A stretch of DNA of 64,000 nucleotides, taken from assembly GCA_050084985.1 (NCBI GenBank), contig JBITNC010000001.1, positions 163,680,001 through 163,744,000 on the forward strand. Reading direction: 5' to 3'. A program made the position numbers and the translations under genes. Positions 51,863 through 64,000 of the stretch are shown in pieces. Numbering within the stretch: position 1 is the first letter of the stretch; each line of letters starts with the position of its first letter. The notes under the pieces are model-generated. The model did not search any database. It saw nothing but the letters and a program-made list of their open reading frames with translations, and was not told the DNA's origin. This DNA is from Nageia nagi (taxonomy: Eukaryota > Plantae > Pinophyta).

Positions 51863-52043
51863 GCAAAGTTCAAACAAGGAAATTTTGTATTAAAGTGGGA
51901 CGAGGAGCAGGCTAAACTTGGTAAGCATCAAAAGTGTGATTCTCTATGAAGGAATGCAATGCATATGAGTTGGCACGAATGGATGGTCATATGTTGTCGA
52001 TTAACATCGACGGCCAACATTTGAAACATTATGCCACGTCATA
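51863..52043 (+). pseudogene. Integrase C-terminal remnant of a Tat/Athila-like pol
   Basis: FKQGNFVLKWDEEQAKLGKHQKCDSL ... AYELARMDGHMLSINIDGQHLKHY. Confidence 0.7.
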
Positions 52044-52299
52044 AGCGAGACACGCTGCCACTTAGTGGGTATATGATATGTTAATACGGTTTGTTTTGAA
52101 AAGTGTGAAAATTAGTTAGGATATTAATTAGGATACAATCACTTGCATTAGGTTCATTCCCCTAGCTGTGTAATTATGGCTAAGTAAGTTTTCAATTAAG
52201 TTGTTATGCCTTTACATAAATTGTCCCCACTCTCATAGTTTCCAAATCAAGAACTCAACATCCAACTATTTTTTAATGTTCGTGCTCAAATATCGACCA

Positions 52300-54100
52300 A
52301 GAACCATTAAGAAAGCCAAGTGTAGAGGAAGGGTGATAAATTGCAGAAATTTCACCGAGGAAGGTGCTCAATAAAGCCAATATCATGGGTAGAAAGAAGA
52401 TTGATGGCCCTCAACGAACAAACAAGGTGGCAAATTTCATGAACATAGAGATTCATGGGAACTACAAGAATTTGAAGAAGACAAACGGAGAACGGTCCGC
52501 AATAGTAGCTCTAATAATAATAGGTATGCCCCTAAGGGATCAAATATTTCATTCCAAAAAACTCACCCCTGTCCTAAATTACTATTTGCTTTAGAAGGAA
52601 GAGTAAATTTTGACCAGTATTGCATTGAAAATGAAAATGGTCAAAAGATTTTAGATATGTCACAAACTACAATAGTGGTCGCTCATCCCTTTTCTATAGA
52701 AACCCCTTTGAAAACCATTAGGATGAATGAGAGAATGAAGCACTACAAGCCACATATGTTAGATTGGTTGAATGAACATGCTATAAGCATTGTCCCAAGC
52801 ATGCCAACACAGGACAATACCACTAGCGCGTTCAAGTTCGGCCTGCAAATTATTTTGTCCATGCTCACCACAATGTTCGAGTGGAAGACTGACAAAGGAG
52901 TAAAAAGATAGCAGTTGGCTCTAGCATATGCTATTACAACCCTTCAACAACCTATGTTGTTCAATTGAGCTGAATATTTATCTTCATATATCAAATAGAG
53001 GTTCAACACTCTCACACAATTGCCTTCTTTTCACTATGGCTCATATATTTGTTGGTTGTTTGTGTATCAATACTCAAAAAGATTCCCTAGGTTGTAGTTG
53101 AAAATGCAAGGTGAAGATGGAAAGCCTCAACCAATGGACCAGTGGACAAACAAGATGAGCCTTAACAACTCTTATTATGACTTTGTGCGATTTTTCTTGG
53201 GCCCTACACTTTCACTAATAAAAGGAGCTCCAATTCCATGCCTTCCTACTGATGCCATGAGCAGACTAAGAACCCATCTGGCCAAAGGACTTTACGAAGA
53301 AATATACTATCATACGACTATATGGATTCAATGGAAGGGCCATGCGACTTCCCTTTTATGTTACCAATTGGGTATTCGGAATGGAATACTATCGACAAAT
53401 GGATAACATAGAAATGAATTAGGGAAGCAGTAGGGGAAAGAAGAGCATATACAAACCTCCATTTGCTTATAAAGGTATTACCATCAAAGCCAAATATTGT
53501 TGGTCCTTGATTAACACAAGGATGCACAAGCTACAACTTTGAGAGGTTGATGTAGCATGGGATTATGATCTCAATGGAGTCTTCACTAATAAACTTTACA
53601 GCATCAATTCCAAGCCTACCAAGTTTCATGTTGTCTTGGGGCCAGAGTATGAATAATTCCGAAATAACACAAAGGATGGCCCCCTTTTAACAGATACCAA
53701 TGGAGAGGTTGTTCCCAAGGCAAAATGGAGAAACTTTTATCAAAAGGTTAAAGACTTTGACCCAGAAAATGCCAAAGAACTGTCGAAAAACTTATTGGCT
53801 AATTTGGAGAACAGTAGCTGGAGCTTACAAAAGCAATAGGCTTTCATCCAATACCGAACAGTCTCAGACCTGGTCTGCACCTTGGAACTGCAATTGGGAC
53901 ATCAAATTCAGCAAATATTATGACAAAGAGAATGTGGTCCAACCAAGGAGAAAGCTAAGAAGAATAAAAAACGAGTTGAAAGATCCAGGGAAGAAGCCCA
54001 TCTCAGATCAAGAGCTACGAAGGGAAACGAAAAGTAAAAGCACTAATGCAATTTCTCAAACAAATAAGCAAATTCCTTCAAGCCGACCACCACATCTAGC
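52300..54100 (+). pseudogene. Decayed extra ORF 3' of pol, resembling the ORF in the 6-kb units
   Basis: ENENGQKILDMSQTTIVVA vs DIKGNIIMDFSPKAIKIA. LQIILSMLTTM vs VELMILMLSRI. FN*AEYLSSYIK*RF...SFHYGSYICWL vs IKWSKVLSDSIMDQL...KFYLNSYLVYL. Confidence 0.6.
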
Positions 54101-54109
54101 CTAGAAGGA

Positions 54110-55210
54110 CATAAACATGCATTCAACACCTCCATTTGCCAATGTTAGGGTTAGAGTGCAAAATACAAGCAATTACAACCTCACAATGCCAACGTCTGGC
54201 TACAATATACATGAAATAGGAAATACACCACAACGTTGCAATATGAAAGCATACACAAGACAAATATTGAGATCCAAATGCCCAACGGTTGTATAGACAA
54301 TAAATAATGAAAAATGATACAATGCCAAGCCCCCAAGGCTAGATGTTGGCCTTCAAGGGCCCAACTAGGGCATGATGTGTATCTCTTACTATTGGACGGA
54401 GGGATGATGTGTGGGACTATCTTGCTCCCTCAAAATCAGAATCCTCTCCACCGAAGAGGCCTCCTCAAACCCTGGAAACCACTAAAGGTAGAAGCTCAAC
54501 CTCAGAATACCACCGGATGGGCTAGGGTGTTACACCAAAGCCGTAGACTAACAGAATCCCTTAGACTACTAATCCTCCTAGATGTTGCACCTAGGGATCT
54601 TGCTTAGCGTTGCGCTAAGTCTTCTATACTCTGGACAGTATGAGTGATAATAATAATTTTGTATATTCAGCAATAAGGCTCCAAGAGCTAATATAGCTTT
54701 CCTGGATCTAGATCTCACCTCAATGTCATCACCCAGTCCCCTCATGTTGGCACCTAGGAGTCAATCCAGCCCAACGTAGGTATTTGGGCCTCCCTCATGC
54801 TCCACGTGGGTCCAAGAATGCATGCATGGGTCTAGGAGGCATGCGTGGCCATTTAGGGGGGCAACGTGGGTGTCATGGGCCAACGTGGGGATCTAGAAGT
54901 CTCCCCAAGACTGGGGCATGTGTACAAATGCTCCCAATCTCAACATTGGGGCCATTAAGTGCTCATCCATCCACTAAGTGCTAAATAGACCTTGGGATTC
55001 CCACAATCATGTATCGGGATCTCCAAGTACATTAAAACACTCTAATCTATACTTGGGAGGGAGACATCCCACTTGGGGCTCACAATGGGATCTAATGACC
55101 CATTAAATCTTCTATCCCAAGTACTAACTTAAAGCGCAATTAAATATAATACAAAGGTGGAATCCACTAGATTCTAGAATTAAGTACAATAATGCAAGGG
55201 GGATGTCACA
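54110..55210 (-). mobile_element. Gypsy-type LTR, left end truncated
   Basis: Ends GGGGGATGTCACA at 55210. Reverse-complement similarity to 55990-57120 and 21648-22566; direct similarity to 1-330. Confidence 0.8.
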
Positions 55211-57120
55211 CTCACACCCCACATTGGGCTTGGAGAGGCTTAGGCACCCAATGTCAAACATGGAGGAGTTTCAATACCCCATGTTGGGCTTGGAGAGGTT
55301 TGGGCACCCAACGATGGACACTAGGGAGTCTTGTCATCCCACATCGAAACTGAAAGGGCTTGGGCACCCAACAATGAAAACAGAAGAATCTTGGCATTGC
55401 CGGTTAAGCATGGAAGGGCCACAGCATCTCACGTTAAGTCTGGAGGGAGTCTGGCACCCCACGTTGGATATAAGGGAGAATTGGAGCCCAACGTTGGAAA
55501 TAGGAGGAGTTTGGCACCCAACGTTGAGCTTGGGGAAGTCTTGGCATCAGCCATGGAGCAAAGGCTCCACCTTTTTTCACTCATGCTTGCTCCTCTTGAT
55601 GTTTTTGCGAGTATATCTCTCAAGAGTCTTCCACATGATCACTACCGCAATCGGATGCCAAGTATGGGCATATGCATCAGCATTTCTACATACAATCTTG
55701 TGTCTTCTAAGCATTGTGGCACCAGAATGTTTGTAGACATTTTTGTGCTTAATGTGAATTGCCAAAAACAAATTAAACCTCAGCAACATATCAGAGTTTT
55801 TGCATGCAACGTTGATACATGAGAAGGGAACCCAATATTTCACACAGAGCCTTCATCATGGGGGAGATTCATTGAAGTTGCATTCCACTTCAGTAGATTG
55901 CAGTTGACAAAGCCAAATGATCCTTGGAAGACAATATTTTGTGGCATTCTACAATTGCTTGAGGGCAAGCAATTCGAGAGTGGAGGCTTTGTAACACCCC
56001 TTTTTTGTAAAATATAATTAATTATAGAATCCTACGAATTCCCCTTTGTAAAGATTTATTTATTTATGCATTAGTTGTTAGTAATTGGGATAGAAATTAT
56101 AAAGGTCCGTTGGACCCCACTGTGAGCCCCAAGTGGAACGTCTTCCTCCCAAGCGTAGGCTAGCATTATTTAATGTTATTTTATGTACTTGGAGATCCTG
56201 AGAATTGATTGTGGGAATCCCAAGGCCTTATATGGACATGTAAATAGGATCTAGGCGCATGTATGACTCCTATGTACCCAATGCATGACATGAGGGACTT
56301 CTAGGACCCCAATGTTGGACTTGAAGGCATCCCATCACCCCAAGAGGCCCACGTCACATATTAGGGAGGCTCTACACCTCATGCATGGGCATTTATAACA
56401 TGTTTGAGGCATTTGAGGGCCCCTAGGAGGCTCACGTTGGGTAGGCTAGGCATGGATGATTCCAAGGTGATGTTCTAGATCCAAGCTTGAGCTATATTAG
56501 GCATTGGAGCATCATTGCATGGATATACCTGATTTGACAATATTTCTCCTACCGTCCAATGGACACAAGTCTTAGTGCAGAGTCAAGCAATTTTCCCCTA
56601 GGTGCAACATCTAGGAGGGTTAGCAGGCAGAGGCATCTTGCTAATCTATGGCTAAGGTGTAGCATCTTAGTCCATATGGTGGCATTATGAGGTCAAACTT
56701 CTACCTTTAGTGGTTTCCAAGTGTGGGAGTTCTGCAACAAAGCATCTAGGCTTGAGGAAGTGAGGTTGTCCCATCTGTGGCACCAGCAGTGATCACATTT
56801 GTATGTTCGTTGTGCCCTAGTTGGCTTCTTGGAGGCCAATGTTGGGCCCTTTGGGCTAGGTATTATATATTTGTCATTCTTCATCATTATTACAGTCGTG
56901 GACATCTTGGATCTCAATATTTGTCTCCGTGTTTGATTTGTATGCTTCCACAATTGCAATGTTGGAGTGTTTTGGTGCATTTATGCTTGTATGTGTGAGA
57001 TGTTGGCATTCTGGGATTTTTTATGCTTAATTGTGATGCTTTAGTCTAGACATGGGTGTACACATTACATCTTTTTGCACTTGAGATTGTGTTTGGGATC
57101 TTGCAGGCGTCCACATTACA
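55211..57120 (+). mobile_element. 3' portion of a non-autonomous Gypsy element: 30-bp repeats, PPT and 3' LTR (55990-57120)
   Basis: 30-bp repeats at 55215-55550 (10-aa periodicity in ORF 55203). The pre-PPT sequence matches 9070-9158. LTR TGTAACACCCC...CATTACA. Confidence 0.85.
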
Positions 57121-60088
57121 TCCTTTTGCCAAACTTCGATGAATGAGGGGTCTCGTAGGAGGGCAAAAGACAAACCTCTCCCCCTATTCGACCCACCAAG
57201 AGGCGACTACATGATACCCATATTCCTTCGAGGACTCAGCAAATACATCCTTCTTCAGTGTTGCTACAAGCTTAGATTCCAGAGATTGGGGAGATCCCAC
57301 CATGGCAGCACCATTAAGAGCATTTTCATGTTCTCCCCTAGTTTGTCCATGAGCAGACTCTTCTTGACTGACATCAACAATATAGTGGTCCTTTTTATAT
57401 TCTCTTCTTACTTCTAGGGTTTTGACCCCTTATTGTAGCTTTTAGTTGATTTTAGCTTTAGTGGGGACCATATTGGACCCTAATGGCTACTTTGCCACTC
57501 TTGCATACTCTAGTCCCATTGATTGTTTTTGGTCACTTGTGTAGATTAATATATTTTCTTTCTTTTTGCAATAGTATATGCCAGTGAAAGACATAATCGA
57601 CACACATGGTATCTAGCAAAAAATGAACATGTGAATGTTAATTCAAAGGGCAAAATGACAAAATTTGGAAAAGTTTGAAATTGCACCCCAAGCTAATTTT
57701 TCATGAAGACTCTAGAACTATAAACAAATTACATTGGAAATGAGCTAAAATTTAGATCACAATTCCAAAACCTAATCTTCTTCAACCTCATCATGAATTT
57801 CGCATCTAATATCCTAAAATTGTTAAATTACTTCCCTAAACCCATAGAAAACCTTAATCCTTTAATTAAGCTTTGATGGATACTTCAAATAGCTCTAGTA
57901 TAATGAGAGATTATTCACGATTGTTAAGGAATCGAATGCCATGATAACTAACAAAAAGCAAAATTGGATCGAAATAAAATATACAATACAAAAGAAATAA
58001 TGTGTAAGAATTGGGATGGCTGGTTAAGCCCAAAAATACAATAATAATTACTGATGAACAAGATGACTTTAAATGAGCAAACACGTCTTCTATATATAGG
58101 TACAAGTTCTCCACAATAAAGAAGAATTCACATACTCCTAGAAAAGTATGCTATGATCTAAGTGAAATTACAACCTCCAATAGGTTTTCACCCATGGATC
58201 AAGTCATACAAATGCAACATTAACAAATGAGAGTTAAGCATATTTCCATTGTATTCAGAAATGCTAAATGTTAATAAACAAATGATTGACACTTGACACT
58301 GAGTCTAGCTTAACATCCAGCAAACACCACATTAGATAAAGGATTATAACCATCACAAATATCCCAAGGATAACCACTCCAAGGCTAGCGCCATCTTTGT
58401 GTGAGAATACAACAATCTTGAGTTCTATGCCTCCAAGGGCAAAACGTTCATCCCTACTACCTTTAGTTGGACTTTTCAATTTTTCCACTACCCATTCTTA
58501 TATACCTTATAACTCCCATGCACCACTACAACCTTGCATGCATGTAAATGTTATTCTTTGTGCATTGCCTGGATTGTATTTTCATATGATATCTATGCCA
58601 TCCCACAGGTAGTGAGTCAATCGGCTAAGATGTATGCAATCCATCAAATGCATTATGCCATTGCTAATCTCACAGGATAATCAAGACACAGACAAACCAG
58701 CTAGAGGGCACTTCTTTTGCAGCTAACACAAAGCATTTCCTTTTGTAACTATAAAACTTTCAACTACATTCATTCCTATCCCAAGCAAATACCAGCTAGC
58801 ACGTGTCTAGGGTTGGATAGATAACCATGACACAGAATAAAGTACAGATAAATTAGATTTTCATATTCAAATAGCATAATCTCTATCTAGACAAGGAAAA
58901 AGGTATACAAAAATCATGCTTATGGATTACAGACCTTTCAAGGAGCAATTGATTCCAGGGCATTGGATGAACAATAATTTTGTCCTCTTTCAAGTAGAGA
59001 AGCAACAACAAAAATATTACAATAAAAATATTCCTCTGAGAGTCCACCCAGATCTTAAAATTATGATTGCATTTGGAAAAAAGCAACCATAATAATGTCC
59101 TTCCCTCACCTAATGTGAAAGAAGCTATCTATCAACCAGAACAATATGAAAACACTACAAAATATCCAGCATGCATATTCACAACTCTCAGATCCATCCT
59201 CCTCAAAGTATTTCTTCTGATCCAAGCTGTTTCTTTGCCTTTGAGGTAAGAGGACACTTCCCATTCCTCTTCCACTCAAATTTCCTTTCCACTTCCTCAC
59301 CAAAAAATGTCATTTTTCTCTTCTTATTTTGTGGGCCATATATTATCAAGTATCAATGTTTTATGATATATATTTAAGCAATTTTTTATTACCTTAGGCC
59401 TTAGGATAACTTTTTCCCTTCCCTTTTCTTGAAAACATTGGCTGATGTCCCCTATATAGTATACATCACATCAATATTGAGTTAAGAAAGCAAATATTCA
59501 ACTGTTTCATGCTACACTTTGAGGTTGTACCACGTGCTGGGCAAGAATCCCAGTCTATTTTTTATGCATTTCAGTTACTACTATCTGAAGATAAAGAATC
59601 CATTAGAAGCATGTACAGGTCATTCAAATCTAGTTATATTCTCTTCAAATGTTCAAATTTTGCATTGAAAAGCCTCAATAATGGTGCCTTTCTCGTGCAG
59701 TTGATTTGGAATAAACACAACTTTGAAGTTATGTCCCACTTTCTCTAACTGGTTTGTTCACCCAACAACCATTGAAGTTCTGCCACACTTCTAAATGTTA
59801 AAATAAGGGAGCTTTTTACATCCATTAAAATGATAATTTGCACAATAAGAAGTGTACAAGAGAAAGACTAAACCGTCCTGCAATCAAGCTTAAAAGCAAC
59901 CCAAATGTGTGTCAAGTAAAAAGCTCCAACTGCTTGGATAATACTATGCTTAATTTGAACTCAAGCAAGAAAATAGGAATCAAATAATAAATTTATCTTA
60001 CAACCTTAAAACCTATCATAATAAATACATTTTTATTTGGACACTTTCCAAAAATGTAAAATCATAAAGAATGGGTCTTGTAGCTGAC

Positions 60089-60145
60089 CTGGCAATGTAG
60101 TAGGGTCTGACTCATTTTTGAAATCCACCCATCTCGTTTCTTTTA
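60089..60145 (-). CDS. NDUFAF2: NDUFA12-family complex I assembly factor exon, KETRWVDFKNESDPTTLP
   Basis: ttgcAG|TAAAAGAA...CCAG|GTcag. 57 nt; phase 1 at both ends. Joins the next exon to give RWV.F....DPT.LPVEW..WL. Confidence 0.88.
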
Positions 60146-63140
60146 CTGCAATCAAAGAGAATAACTAAAATAGAAACAACATAAAATCAAAGACATTACA
60201 TGTTATTACAAAATGAAATACTGAATGATATCTCTTCTAACTTGCATACATGACTCTTGAAGAATAGTGACAAATAACAACGCTTACAACACTCTCTTGG
60301 AAACACCTAACAAGCTCTTCAAATTGGTTTTGAAATATAAAGGAAGAGGTCATAGTGCTTTTCATATGCACTTAACCTAGAATATTCGGGTTTTACAATA
60401 TAATTTACAATTGCCCATGCTTAGAACACTCCCCTGAAAACTCCTTATAAGCTCTTCAACTTGGTGGAAAGCCAGAGTAAGAGGCATTTTTTCTATATAA
60501 ACTTAACCAAGAAATATTTGGTTTCTATAATTTCCACCTACTTTGCCATTAATTGCCCAACAGCTAGAACATGGTGTACAAAGGATTTCTGATCCGCTTT
60601 TTCAATTTTGAACAAACTTCCACTCTTGAATTTTTACCCCATAATTTCTTGCATTTTAGAAGCAAATAATTTTCTTCAATAACATGCTTTACATATATCC
60701 ATTGTTCCAAGATTATGAATTCTCTGCAGTCAGTACCCCTGCAAATGTGTGGAACAGATGAAAATATTGTGGGGATGTATCCGAATTTTTCTCTAGATGG
60801 CTTGAAGATGTCTTCACTGTAGCTCATATTCTCATTCAGATGCATATGGAATGCCTAAGCATCCGTCAAGAACCACTGTCGTTGTTTTTCCACCACCATC
60901 AACATCTTTACTATGACAGTGAGAACATCATTATTTTTATGTATTGAACAGACTATGATTTCTAGGCATAGATGAATCAGCAAAGGCTTGTTTTACTACA
61001 AGTCTGGTCAAAGGATTGAAATTAACAAAAGTAAATATTTGAATTAATCAGTAATATTAATTGAAAATTTCCCTTGTTAATCCAAGAGGGCTGTATATGC
61101 CAACACATCTTGTAGATGTTGTGACTTAGATCAAGGAGATTTACCACAATTGCTAAATTGCATTACTGGGACATCACTTATAATAGATCGTTGTTGCTTC
61201 AGTTATCAGACTAACGCTATTTTATAAAGTCTACTATTGCCAAATATAGTGATATCAGTAAGGTGAAATTTCCCCATTCCACAAGAAGCTCTTACATGCT
61301 AATAGGTGTTGAGCATGCTATGACAAAAATCAAGGCATTTACCACTACATGATATTGTATCACTAAGGCTTCATTTAGAATAGCTATTGTTGCTTTAATT
61401 ATTATATTAACACCATTTCCTCAAGCATATTATTGCCATGTCTTTAGATCATCAAAGTTGTCAGGATCAATATCACTCTTTCTCATCTATCACACTAAAA
61501 ATAGTAGTGTCTCTCCTAGACTTGAATGCAATTGAGCACAACCTTTAAGAGATCTTTTCACTAGGACAATCTCATTACATACTCTCCATGCCACATATTG
61601 GCCCTACACCTTCACAAGAGCTTCCACTACCATGCCTTTTGAATCTCCTATGTAGCATCAAGCATCCTTTTCTTCACCACAATTGGTTGAGTAAGCCACC
61701 TATTTTAAGTGTCCTTATGAAAGTTAGGGAAGTCAATTTTGTAAACTGATCATCCTTTTTCTTCATTTTTATTTGTAACCATTGCTAAATGATAAACAAT
61801 ATTAAAAAATATCATGACAGTAGTCAGTGAGACATTTAATGTTGGTACAACTCTCCATACAACCCTGACCTTTCAGCTCCTTAAGTTTTTACCATCTCTT
61901 TCTCAAATGTGGAACTGGATTATCAATGCAGGATAACAATTTTTGCCTACTATCCAATCAAGCATTGAGTTTGTCTTCTCTCTCAAGATTCATTAGTCAT
62001 AACATCTTAATTTAAACATTAAAAACACAATTAGAAATTAAAAACATGATTGTCTTATCTATCATCATCAATTATGTAACAAATTTAGAATTTCAGTATA
62101 AAATTGAAACATGATGTATTCATTATGAGCCATGATGCCATTAAGTTTGAATATTAAACGTTATAAACAATAATCTATAGCCTATGATATGAATAGTCTA
62201 ATTACCAAATAGAAGTCTACAAATAAATACTGAAGACTGAAAACTGAAATCAAAATACTAATAACTATGGCTTTGTGGGTTCATGTGGTAGGATGCCCTT
62301 TGTTGGGCTACCTTCATCATCAGATCTCTTAGATCAACATCCCGAAGGGTAGCTAGAGACTGCTTGTATATTGGCTTAACTCTCTCTCATAGATGAAGAG
62401 AGTTGTGAATTGCAATTAACTTCTCTGCTCTACAAGAGGTAAGTTTATTCCTCCTCACACTATGGATGAAGCTATATATGGATCAATTTCTCTCAACATC
62501 ATAGGAACTAGCAACCTTAGAAAGAAGCCTCACCACAAGATGACACATGTTTGGTGCATCCTTCTCAAATAGCTACCACCATTCACAAGGGATCAGATTG
62601 GGAAATAGTAGCCATATCCTCTCTACAATCTAGTTGGCTAAAAATAAGGCCCCTAAGATTTACAAATTTTAGCCACTAATCTCTAGGTATCTATACCTCT
62701 TGAGGAAAGTACATCTTTAGAAAAGCATTCAAAAACTTTTCTCACAAATTTCTTCAAAATATTTACAAGCATCTACAAATCCTCCAATATACTTACTCAA
62801 TGACACAACAAATTGGTTAATAATGTACAATGATTTTTTTATGTACAATTAATACACAAGATAACTAAAGCTATAGTGACTATAACAAATATAAAATAAG
62901 ACATTCTACTAATAAATACACCATAATGGTACATATGCTAAAATTTTCGAAAACTCATGAGTACATTGTTGTATATGTCCATAATCACATGTACAACAGC
63001 AATATCTTTAGACTATGCTCTAATATTGACAACATATCTATCCACCAAACACCATGCATGTGAATTATAAATAAGTTTACAGCATGAAGGTATGATGGCT
63101 AATAAAACAATTTACAGAACTGAAAAACATCCTTCAAAAC

Positions 63141-63487
63141 AATGCAATAAATAATGCAACTCACGAGTACAATGCAATAAATAATGCAACTCACGAGTAC
63201 AATGCAATAAATAATGCAACTCACGAGTAAAATGCAATAAATAATGCAACTCACGAGTACAATGCAATAAATAATGCAACTCACGAGTACAATGCAATAA
63301 ATAATGCAACTCACGAGTAAAATGCAATAAATAATGCAACTCACGAGTACAATGCAATAAATAATGCAACTCACAAGTACAATGCAATAAATAATGCAAC
63401 TCACGAGTAAAATGCAATAAATAATGCAACTCACGAGTACAATGCAATAAATAATGCAACTCATGAGTACAATGCAATAGATAATGC
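63141..63487. repeat. 30-bp minisatellite, ~11.5 copies, AATGCAATAAATAATGCAACTCACGAGTAC
   Basis: Directly visible near-perfect tandem array. Confidence 0.97.
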
Positions 63488-63649
63488 TCAGATTTGGCAA
63501 GGCCACTTATGACTTGGACTCGAGACTTAGCAAAACTCAATTAAAAAAAAAAAAAAAATTCCATGCATATTAGTATCACAATTAATCAATATTATACAAA
63601 TCAAAAACTAATGGTATAAGTTGGAGTTCAATGGTTGTATTCCTTGAGT

Positions 63650-64000
63650 TGGAGATGAGATTCAAATACCAAGGGGGTGAGATCACCTTGAAGGGAATGA
63701 AAGAGCATTACCCTCAATAAGGAACATCAAACACATTGGAGGTAGTGTATGATGGATTTTTGAGGAGAATTTTGTTCCAGAAAGGATGAGGACCTCAATA
63801 TGCAGCGGGAGGTATCTGATTTTTGTGGGCATGAAGCAGATCTTGATCTAGGATCTAGTGTGAAGACCATTTGGAGTTCCCAGCACTCAGTTTTAAGCTC
63901 CCAAGGTGAACGTCCAGCTTTTGAGAGACTATGGAGGAGTCTTGAGCATCAGATCCAGTGGCAAACAACCTTAGGGAGGGACGTCCACCTCCTAGGGCAT
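63650..64000 (-). mobile_element. Possible degraded LINE endonuclease fragment
   Basis: Weak minus-strand resemblance to the G.FTW / DRFL / SDH.P blocks. Confidence 0.3.

Noticed and set aside
55203-55822. 177-aa and 163-aa ORFs
   Set aside because: They are open frames produced by the 30-bp repeat of a retroelement internal region.
57121-62800. Further LINE/MITE fragments (also ~30200-31000)
   Set aside because: Only isolated motif-like scraps, e.g. KPISLF at ~30375. Boundaries and identity cannot be supported by eye.
63099-63540. Repetitive Cys/His-rich ORFs (IIYCIVLVSC / LHYLLHCTRE)
   Set aside because: These are translations of the 30-bp minisatellite, with no other sign of coding function.

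Overview
Eukaryotic, repeat-saturated plant DNA. A gymnosperm/conifer-type giant genome is likely, inferred from the LTR families and intron sizes. The only host gene I can support is on the minus strand: four short coding exons (60145-60089, 29361-29309, 27117-27066, 20415-20350). They splice in frame via GT-AG introns into an NDUFA12-family complex I assembly factor (NDUFAF2/B17.2L-like). Its first and last exons were not found and probably lie outside the window. Most of the remaining sequence is nested, decayed transposons: solo LTRs with 5-bp TSDs, gag-only Gypsy derivatives, a short-LTR non-autonomous element, a Tat/Athila-like pol split by a complete hAT transposon (TIRs plus 8-bp TSD), LINE fragments and a 30-bp minisatellite. 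The most unusual object is a ~6-kb TG...CA unit present twice as independent insertions (12957-18964, 31494-39265). It has no gag/pol. It carries an array of eight ~45-50-bp palindromes, a TATA box and a decayed ~1,090-codon ORF that resembles an extra ORF downstream of the Gypsy pol at ~52.3-54.1 kb. All calls are by eye, with no database searches; boundaries without a TSD are approximate.
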